Positions 49,356 to 59,348 of a stretch of DNA of 64,000 bases are shown in pieces. Location of the stretch: NCBI GenBank assembly GCA_965112735.1, contig OZ218953.1, positions 1,364,001 to 1,428,000 of the forward strand, written 5' to 3'. The notes beneath the pieces were generated by a model. That model saw only the letters and a list, made by a program, of their open reading frames with translations, searched no databases and was not told the origin of the DNA. Made by a program: the position numbers and the translations under genes. Each line of letters starts with the position of its first letter. Positions within the stretch are counted from its first letter, which is position 1. Source of the DNA: Phaeosaccion multiseriatum (Eukaryota > Protista > Ochrophyta, other classes).

Positions 49356-50955
49356 ATGCAAGTCTCTTCGGTGCCTCGAGATAGCACCATCGCATCGTCG
49401 CTGGTTGTCCAGGACTACGTCCGAACTCACGTACGAAAGGAGAAGGGCGTGAATAAGGCCCTGATCCCAAGGACGACCGATACCGCATTCGTGAGTACTT
49501 TTGTAACCCTGTCTCTCCTTCTCGAAGAGGGAGAAGGCTCGCTTCTTCTTCTTACCCCTCCCGCATCATCATCATCCAAACCCCTCTTAACTGCTCTCTT
49601 CTTCTCTTCCTGGCTCAACGCCCTCCCTCTCCCCTTCCCCTCTTTCTCACTGCTACAGGGAAACTTTCCGGCATCGTACAAGCGAAGAGACCATTGGGAC
49701 GGGAATCCTACGCTCAGACGGGGCATGCGAAAGGATTACACACCCGCCTTATCTCCCATGAAGAAGCCTCAGCGAAGCTCGTTCCCGCAATCTCCCCCCC
49801 GGCAGCAGCAGCAGCAGCAGCAGCAGTATCAGCAACATGTGCAGCATCAGCAGCAGCAACAGCAGCAGCACGCGCAACCGGCACGAATAGAAATAACGGG
49901 GCATAGTAAGCAGAGCGTTGCCCGTCCCAAGACCGCTATGACTACGAGGGAGCAGGCATCCACGCAGGCCTCCAGACCACACCAACCGAGTGCACAACGC
50001 CCAGCCACGGCATCTTCAAGTCGAACAAGGCCGACTCAGCCGTCGCGAGCCGCACCAACACAAAGGCCCCGCCGCTCAGGAGGCAGCAGAGGCAACCAGG
50101 AAGAGGAGAAACAGTTAGGCTTGGAAGAGCTCCAGAGGACCAAGGAGTATCTGAAAACAAAAGGCAAGTTTCAGATCACCCCTTCTAAGCTCATGACTAG
50201 CCTTGAAGTGGCCAGGGCCACCAACACCCGACCCTCAAGCGCCCCGGCCTACCTTCGGGGGAAAGTAGCACCAAAGCCGCCAAAAGCAGGCGCGTGGAGG
50301 CGGAGGCCCATTCCCTCTACTCTCTTCCGCAAGTACTATGAGAGAGGGGACCTTCCCTTGTGTATAGAGCACCGAGCAAATGGCAATGGCATCAAATGGA
50401 AGATCAATACGGTGAGTGAGTGAGTGAGTGAGTGAGTGAGGGAGGGAGGGAGAGAGGGAGGGAGGGAGGGAGGGAGCGAGGGAGGGAGGGAGGGAGGGAG
50501 GAACGGTAGGCACCAATGTATGAGTCCCTTTTCGCAGAGCCAGGACCGATGACACTCAATTCTAGAAGGGAAGACCAATCACCACCACCACCTCCTCCTC
50601 CTCCTCCTCCTCCTCCTCCTCCTCCTCCTCCTCCTCCTCCTCCTCCTCCTCCTCCTCCTCCTCCTCCTCCTCCTCCTCCTCCTCCTCCTCCTCCTCCTCC
50701 TCCTCCTCCTCCTCCTCCTCCTCCTCCTCCTCCTCCTCCTCCTCCTCCTCCTCCTCCTCCTCCTCCTCCTCCTCCTCCTCCTCCTCCTCCTCCTCCTCCT
50801 CCTCCTCCTCCTCCTCCTCCTCCATCTTGCCCTGCTTGGGCGTGATACTGGTCCCCGCTCGTATCTGCCAGGCCGACCTCGACTATCACGTGTACTTGCC
50901 GGTACGTGCCATCACTCTCTCTCGTGTCTTTCATCTTAGAAAGAGGCCATGTCGG

Positions 50956-51050
<95 letters not shown>

Positions 51051-51998
51051 ACCTGTACGTCTGTCTGTGTACCTGCCGGTACGATCAACGCCTACGTGGA
51101 TGCCTGCTCGGTCCAACTGATGCCTGGTCCGGCTGACCGATCGCTCTGTCGCCTACCTACCCACCCTTCTCTTCTCTTCCTCAGCTCTTCTTCTCAGGGC
51201 TCCGTGAGGTGGAGGATCCGTTCCGGTTCTTGGCCATACAGGGGACGCTTGACATGATCGAGAGGGCACCCGAGAAGGTCCTGCCCGTTGTCCCACAGGT
51301 GAGGGGAGAGAAACAAGGAAAGGGAGGTGGGGAGGAGGGGAAGAGAGATGGAGCGAAGGGGAGAGAGAGGGGGGAGGGGGGGGAGAGAGAAAGAAAACAG
51401 GACAGGAAGGCGGAAAGAAACAGAGAGACAGAGAGGAGAGGGGTGGGGGGGGGTGAAAGAGGGGTAGTTGCGTGCGGTATTGGCGTCCCCTGAAGTGGGA
51501 CGCCGCCTTTCAGCACTGCGGCTGCGGTACATGCACAATGCACAACCACCCTTTTTCCTTTCTTTGCTTTCCACTGGCCTACTCAGTCCTTCCCTCCTTC
51601 CCTCCTTCCTCCCCTCCCTCCCTCCCTCCCTCCCTCCCTCCCTCCCTCCCTCCCTCCCTCCCGCCTAACAGATCATCCTCCCGCTAAAGATGGCACTCAA
51701 TACGCGAGAGCCCAGCATCATCAGTCCGGCCCTCAAAATCCTGCAGCAAATGATCCTGCTGAATCCCGTCATTGGACAAGCGCTGGTGCCCTACTACAGA
51801 CAGATTCTGCCCATTTGCAACCTCTATAAGAGCTTCAACAAGAACCTTGGCGACGGCATTGATTACAACCAGCGCAGTAGGACGGTGCTGGGGGAGCTGG
51901 TGCATGAAACGCTTGAGATTATGGAGCAGTTTGGAGGCCCGGATGCCTTTATTAACATCCGGTACATGATCGCTACGTATGAGTCCGCATTCCCGTGA
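49356..51998 (+). CDS. PACRG: PACRG-family (Parkin coregulated) protein with long Q/S/T-rich N-terminal extension
   Basis: FRKYYERGDLP, LDYHVYLP|LFFSGLRE, KVLPVVPQ|IILPLKMALNTR, GQALVPYYRQILP, GGPDAFINIRYMIATYES; start ATG tentative. Confidence 0.9.
50591..50823. repeat. Intronic (CCT)n trinucleotide tract, about 77 units
   Basis: Uninterrupted CCT run inside the PACRG intron 50412-50871. Confidence 0.95.
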
Positions 51999-52772
51999 GG
52001 TGGGTAGGTAGGTAGGTAGGCAGCCTGACCCTCTGAGAGGAGGGAGACTACCTAGCTATGAAGAGAGAGTCATCGGCATTTGCGTGTGGTGGAGCGAGTG
52101 CGCAGACGCTCTGTCGACTTCGTGAAAGGAGCGAGGGAGGAGGACATGAGAACGTCAATCGCTCGGGGGAAGGGCGAGGAGAGAGGAGAGGAGAGGTGGC
52201 TCTAGGGTCCAAGGCAAGCAGCGGAGCAGAATCCGAGGCAAGCAGCGGAGCAGAACAGGGCTGCTCTGCTTCTGTCTGTCTGGCCACTGGTGGGGCTATC
52301 CACGAAGGAGGGAGCCGAGACGGCAGTATGTGTGACTCCGTCTTTATTAGCACTTGTCGCAGTCTGTGTAGGCATCTACTATCGCACGCACCCAGCCACG
52401 CACGCACACACGTACCACGTACCGAAAAAAAATTTAATGCAATGCAAGCGGACGGTTACTTGGAGGGGAGAGGAAATACTTCCCTAGCTTTTTCTCCTCT
52501 TGCTGTGTCTCTCTCGCTGTCTTTCTCTCTCTTGTGGACTCTTCGCCTTTCTCCCCCCATCGTTTCAGTTATACATATGACAGTGATATGTATATAAAGA
52601 GGAGGGTTGCTATGGCCCTTAGCGTCGCGTCTTGCTCACTTCAAGGGGAACCCCATGGCACCGGTGTGCATGTACGTGATTGTGTGAGTGTGTGGCTCAC
52701 CCCCTCCCCCGCAGAGCCGACGGAGCAGGTTAAAGTGATCGAGGATAGCAAAGCGAGATCGGAAGGGCACAG

Positions 52773-53478
52773 CTCTGCACTGAGTCACATCCCCTCCAGC
52801 CACCCCGAGCAGCCACAAGTGAATCGTCTCTGCACTGAGTCACATCCCCTCCAGCCACCCCGAGCAGCCACAAGTGAATCGTCTCTGCACTGAGTCACAC
52901 CCCCTCCAGCCACCCCGAGCAGCCACAAGTGAATCGTCTCTGCACTGAGTCACACCCCCTCCAGCCACCCCGAGCAGCCACAAGTGAATCGTCTCTGCAC
53001 TGAGTCACACCCCCTCCAGCCACCCCGAGCAGCCACAAGTGAATCGTCTCTGCACTCAGTCATATCCCCTCCAGCCACCCCGAGCAGCCACAAGTGAATC
53101 GTCTCTGCACTGAGTCACATCCCCTCCAGCCACCCCGAGCAGCCACAAGTGAATCGTCTCTGCACTGAGTCACACCCCCTCCAGCCACCCCGAGCAGCCA
53201 CAAGTGAATCGTCCCTGCACTGAGTCACACCCCCTCCAGCCACCCCGAGCAGCCACAAGTGAATCGTCTCTGCACTGAGTCATACCCCCTCCAGCCACCC
53301 CGAGCAGCCACAAGTGAATCGTCTCTGCACTGAGTCATATCCCCTCCAGCCACCCCGAGCAGCCACAAGTGAATCGTCTCTGCACTGAGTCACATCCCCT
53401 CCAACCACCCCGAGCAGCCACAAGTGAATCGTCTCTGCACTGAGTCACATCCCCTCCAGCCACCCCGAGCAGCCACAA
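52773..53478. repeat. 55-bp minisatellite, about 12.8 near-identical copies
   Basis: Unit CTCTGCACTGAGTCACA(T/C)CCCCTCCAGCCACCCCGAGCAGCCACAAGTGAATCGT starts at 52773, 52828, 52883 ... 53433; substitutions only, no spacers. Confidence 0.97.
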
Positions 53479-53487
53479 ACGATCGCC

Positions 53488-54031
53488 TCATCGCAGCGCA
53501 ATGGTGCCGTAGTCGAGCAGCCGAGGAGTGGGCCCCGCCTCTGAGAACACTCCGCTCGTGTCTCCCAAAAAGTAGGGCCTCTGCGTCCCCCAGGGATAGG
53601 AAGCGTTGGCAACTGTGTGCTGGTACTCGCTAAAGAAGTCGTCCGTCCCCGTCTGTCGCCTCCACACGACATCCTCCCCGTCGTCGCCGTCCTCGATAAA
53701 GACCAAGCCCCCTTCCCGCAGCACGAGGTTGTGTTCATTAATGGTCATCCCCGCACTGATTACGAGTGAAATTTGAGCCAAGTTGTGCATCCTAGTGCGA
53801 GAGAGCCCCCCCTCCCCGCCCTGGGGAATGTCCATGCCTTTCAAGTTGTAATTCAAGAAGCTTCGCACCGCACGGCCGAGCTTATGATCCAAGCAGATTT
53901 CGATGGAGAAGAGAATCCCGTCCAGAGAGAACCAGTTGTGAGTGATGACCTTGGGGAAGGGGAGGAGGACGAGAAAGGGATGGCACGGGCAGCAATTAAG
54001 TGATGGGGGGGGGGCGAGCAGCAGGAGTAGG

Positions 54032-54098
<67 letters not shown>

Positions 54099-55436
54099 AT
54101 GCTGTGAGACAGCAGTAATGTAGTCCAAGAAGGGCAGGAGAGGGGCGGGGGAGGAGCATTTTTCTGTAACGCTTACCTCAAAGTCCCTCTCGTGAAGTCG
54201 GTCCCAAACGAGATCAAGAATGACGTCATTGTCAAAGGTGTGGTGGCCCTGGTCATCTGGGTCGGTGGTGATCGTGCTTCCACGGCCCCGTGTAGGTGAC
54301 AAGAAGTCAATCTTACTGACATAGGTCTTCGGGGCGACAAACCTCATCCCGCTGGGAGAGGTGGTGGCGGGGTCAAACCCTTTGAGCATGAAACTGAAGT
54401 TGATAAACCTGCGCTCCTCCTCCGGGTCGTTGGGGTCGAAGCTCCGATCTACACCCACCACGGTGCCAAACACGAAGAACCAATCCTTGTACTTGGCTTG
54501 CTCGACAAGTTTTTCGAGTGCGATTCCGATGCGTACAACGGCAGACAGCTCAAGCTCGTCCTTGCCGGGAGTCTCATCGTTCAGCAGGCCGCCTAGCTCG
54601 TAGGCACCATGAGGCCCTCGAAAGTAGAACTCTGGAACCAAAAATATTTTGAGAGTCTGGGGGGGGGGGAGTGTACGACGACGGTTGAGGCGTGAGGTGA
54701 AGCGAGGATTGGGAGGGTCACACGCACACACGCGCACACACACAAGCACGAATGAACGCATGCACAGACGCAGACACACACAAATACGCCCACACGCACC
54801 GTCTCACTCTTGTCCGAGAGCTCATACGCTGCATCAACTGCTTCGGTCATGAGAGCAATCCGCCGGTCCACATCGACCTTCAAATCGGCAAACCCGACTG
54901 AGACGAGAGAAGGGAAGGGGAGGGGGCGGGAAAGGAGGGAAATGAAAAGCAGTACGGGCCAAAGACGGTATCTGTGCCTCCTCTGCTCGGACTTTGGCGA
55001 GGAAACAAGAAGGTAGGTGAAACATTTCAGGAACTCGACCGCCATACCCAGGAGTATGACATTTGCTGCTCTGAAGCCTCCTCTTTCCTCTTCTCCTCAC
55101 GCTCGTACCATAGCATGCTTCGTCTCGAGGGTCTTTGGAGCCCTCTTTCATGGTCCCGTGGTGAGTGTGTAGTGACTCGCACTCTGGATTAGTTTCGTTA
55201 TTAGCCAATATCACCGGGGCGGGCCCAGTGCCAATGTCAAAGGCCAATGTCTGCACAGACGTGTACCGTGAAGGGGCCTCCTTCGCAGCGGACTCCCCAT
55301 GCCTGCTCTTATCGAAGAACATCCCGAAGGCCACGGCCGCGATGACGAACAGAAGGACGCCAACGAAGAAAAAGTTCCATCGGCGTCGTCGCTGGGCACC
55401 AGGCGGCTCCTCCACCGAGGGGATGGAACCGTACAT
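53488..55436 (-). CDS. Type II membrane protein with carbon-nitrogen hydrolase (nitrilase-superfamily)-like domain
   Basis: N-terminal TM (FFFVGVLLFVIAAVAFGMFF) after RRRR; IFLVPEFYF (Glu), VFGTVV, INFSF, APKTYVSKIDF (Lys), FSIEICLDH (Cys); four exons. Confidence 0.72.
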
Positions 55437-55556
55437 TGCCACGGAGCGCACAAGCTGCGTAGTTTTTTTTTGTAAAGGGAATGATATCAAAAATGCTAAG
55501 TGGAGGGGGGGCTCACATGTTGGAACACCAACTCACAACTGGCCGCAACCTATCGA

Positions 55557-55601
<45 letters not shown>

Positions 55602-55658
55602 CTGACCCTTTTATTTTAAAAGAAGGATGATAAAGCGTAATACCGCTGCAAAAGTTGA

Positions 55659-58600
55659 ATGAATCTGTTCGAAGAATGGAACGAGCTGAACAGCTCAGGC
55701 GGGCCAGCAGCGGCTAAAGTCGACCATGCTGATGCCGCCGTCGCCTCCTTGCGAGGGGGACTCTCTCGCAACGCAGGCCCCTCCTCGGCTGGTGCTGCCA
55801 TTGGGTCGTCATCGACACAGAGAAGCTCGCACGCGAAGCAGCAGGCTCTTTCAGAACCGTTTGGGCGTCAGCAACAGCAACACCAGCAGCAGCAGCAGCA
55901 GCACCAGCAGCAGCAACAGCAGCAGCAACAGCAATTTCCACCCCAACCCCCGCTCGGTAGGCAGAGGCAGAGGGACAAGGGGAGTGCAACCCGTGCAACT
56001 CAGCCACGGAGTGCGCTCGGCAGCCTGGAGAGTGCTGCCCTGCCCCCCCTCTTCTCGCTGCACAAGTTTGATCTCGTGGGCGCACAAGCGAGCGCTGCCT
56101 TCGGAGAAGGAAGAGCCTATGCCCCGCCGCCAGTGTCTTGGTCTGTGTTAGCGGTGGCAGTGTCGAACAATGTCATCGCCATGGGGACTTCCGACTGCAG
56201 GGTCATCAGATGGAACGTGGAGGATGGTAATGCGGGCGAGCCTGAAGGTATGGTCGAAGTCTCGGGCTTGGCTATTGTGGGTCCCCTCTCGCCCCCCTTC
56301 CCTCCTTTCCCACCTTCCTCTCACTCCTCCATACTGCCCCCCCCCCCCAATGGTTGGTCTCTGATGCACTGCTTCCTCCTCCTCCTCCTCCTCCTCCTCC
56401 TCCTCCTCAAAAGAGACGGAGATCTCCCGGAACCCGGACGACAGCATCCACAACATCTTCCTCGACCCAACAGGCAGCCACTTGGTGGTCAGTCTGCACG
56501 GGGAGGAGAGTTATTACCTACACTGTCGCTCCAACAAGGCCAAGAGGCTGGCCAAGTGGACGGGTTGCGCTGTCGAGGCCATTGCATTCGACAGGCAGAG
56601 GGGCACGGAGCTCACCACAAGGTAAGTAAGTGTGTGTACACGTGTGTACGTGTGTACGTGTGTGCATGCGTGTATGCGTGTGCGCGTGCTTGTGCGTGTG
56701 TATGTGTTGTTCGTGGTTGTGCATGCGCGTGTGTCGGCTGCAACCAAGTGAGAGATGTCAAGAGACCACGAGTAGAGGACGAGGAGTGGGCATCAACATC
56801 AGCATCATCATTCGACACAAAACAAGCAACACGGACGTCATCCAGAACCACCCACCAGTCTGTCGCACACGCACGCACACACACACACACACACGGCTCC
56901 CAAACACTCAAAACTCAGGAGCCCCACTCAGTGCGCTTTGCCTTTGCTTGCCTCTCTCTGCCTTCTTACTGCTGCGTGGCATTCTTCATCCGCCTATCCC
57001 TGATCCTTTGATCCTACACGCTGACATGCATACTTACCTACCCTACGCGCTTTACCTGCACACTGCTTGCAGGAACATTCTGGTGGGCACTCGAGACGGC
57101 ATCATTTACCAAGCCGTGCTGGACAGCGCAGGAAAGGATGCTAACAGGCCGCTGATAGAGGTGGGTGGGTGGGTGGGTGGGCCCCTTGGGCAGTTGTATG
57201 ATCCTGTGTCTGTGTGTGTGCGTGTGTGTGTGTGAGTGGGGGATGGGGAAGCCGAGTAAACCTACATGCAACCCTGCTCTCTTTTTTTTTTTTTTCTTCT
57301 TGGTGCAGCTGCACTCATGACACTCACGTGCAGACACACACATTACCCCTCTCTCCCGACGCACACACACACATACCTACACCCTCCTCCCCACAGGTCT
57401 ACAAACTGGGGCAGCATCGCGACGGACGGGCAGGCGGGGGCAGTGGAGGAGACGGAGGCGGAGGAGGTGGAGGCGGAGGAGAAAGAGGAGGAGGGGTGGG
57501 GGGAGGAGGAGGAGGAGGGGGCGGGGGAGGAGGCCACGCCATCCATGCCCTCCACTTCGAAACTATGAGTGCAGCGGTACATGGCGACTCGCGCTTGCTG
57601 GTCCTGGCTGCCACCGCGTCCCCTACACGGCTCTACTCCTTCGTGGGGGGGCCATCCTTCGAGGTTCTCTTTCGCAACTACCGAGAGTCTGGCAGCTCGT
57701 CGTTTCACGAGCTTCCCGGCAGGTTCGCGCCGTGGGTGGGGTGGGTTGGGTGGATTGGGTGGTGTGGGTTGTGGGGCGGCTGGGTGGGGTGGGTTGGGGT
57801 GGGTGGGGTGGGTGGGGTGGGAGAGAGAGAAGAGATGCCAAGAAGCTTGACGTTCCCTTTGGAATGCCCCTTCTGTGTCTTTCACCCCCCCCCTCTCCCG
57901 CGTGCACACACACACCCCTCTGTACCCTTTCCTCCCCATTGTGTGATGGCATGCCACGTTGACTTGCTCTTCCTCCTCCTCCTCCTCCTCCTCCTCCTCC
58001 TCGTCCTCCTCCTCCTCCTCCTTCTCCTCCTCCTCCTCCTCCTCCTCCTCCTCCTCCTCCTCCTCCTCCTCCTCCTCCTCCTCCTCCTCTCCCCTCTCCC
58101 CTCTCCCCTCTCCCCCCCCCTCCCCCCTCCTCCTCCCCCACAACCCAACCCCACCCCTCGCCAGTCTAATGTCCACCGAGCTCCATCTCTTCAGCCGACC
58201 TCAGGGAGGCAGCAGCTCCTCCCTACACTTCAACCGTCAAGAACCGCCCCACGCCTTCGCCATGCTCGCCTCCCCTGGCATATACTGCGGCAAGCTCGCG
58301 TTGGATAACCACTCACCCAAGCTCTTGTCCTACGAAGGCGAGAGTCCCCTTGTCGACGCTCAGCTCGTCCCCTATGCGGATAGCACCGCGACAAGGAAGC
58401 AGCAGCAGCAGCAGGAGCAGCAGCAGCAGCAGCAGCTCTTGCAGCAGAGTGGCGGGTTGCAAACCCTCTTTGGAAGAGGAGGAGGCACCCCGTTCTCTGG
58501 GGCACCGCCCCTGTCTATGGCTATTACCTCGCACCACTTCCTGCTGCTCTATCCCAAGTTGTTGCAGGTGGGTGGAAGGGAGCCCCTCCCCCCAAGCAGT

Positions 58601-58673
58601 ATTGAGTGGCTGCGGCAGGGCAAGGCAGGGGAGGGGCAGGAGTGGGGAGGGTACGGGAGGACAGGCTTGTTGG

Positions 58674-58704
<31 letters not shown>

Positions 58705-58915
58705 ATTGTTGTTGTTGTTGTGTGTTGTTGGGATTGCTTCTTGTCTCCAATCCCCGCCATCCCATGATACTTCCGCCGCTGCTCTACCCTACTCTACTCT
58801 ACCCTTCTCGACCCTACCCTACTCTACCCTACCCTACCCTACCCTACTCTACCCTGCCCTACCCTTCCCTTCCCTACCCTGTCCTGTCCTTCCCTACTGC
58901 ACCATCACCACCACC

Positions 58916-58961
<46 letters not shown>

Positions 58962-59232
58962 GGTTGTGAGCCGCCTCAGTGGGGGGGTGGTGCAAGAGGT
59001 GGAGCTTGACTCACTCGAGGGGCACGCTCTCAAACTCCAGGCGGACCCCTTCTTCAGCAGCGGCAGGCTCTGGCTCTTCACAGACCGACACCCCTTCCAA
59101 GTATGCACACCTCAACGTATCTTGTCTCTCCCTCTCTCGCTTTCTCTCTCTCACTCTCACACTCTCTTTGTCTCTCTCTCTCTCTCTCGCTTTCTCTCTC
59201 TCTCACTCTCACACTCTCTTTGTCTCTCTTTG

Positions 59233-59266
<34 letters not shown>

Positions 59267-59312
59267 TCTCTCTCTCGCTTTCTCTCTCTCTCACTCTCAC
59301 ACTCTCTTAGTC

Positions 59313-59348
<36 letters not shown>

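Noticed and set aside
50404-50934. Poly-Gly, poly-Pro and poly-Glu ORFs
   Set aside because: They are translations of the intronic (CCT)n tract; the PACRG exons join correctly around it.
52773-53478. CRISPR array
   Set aside because: Units are contiguous and near-identical with no unique spacers; no cas genes; eukaryotic context.
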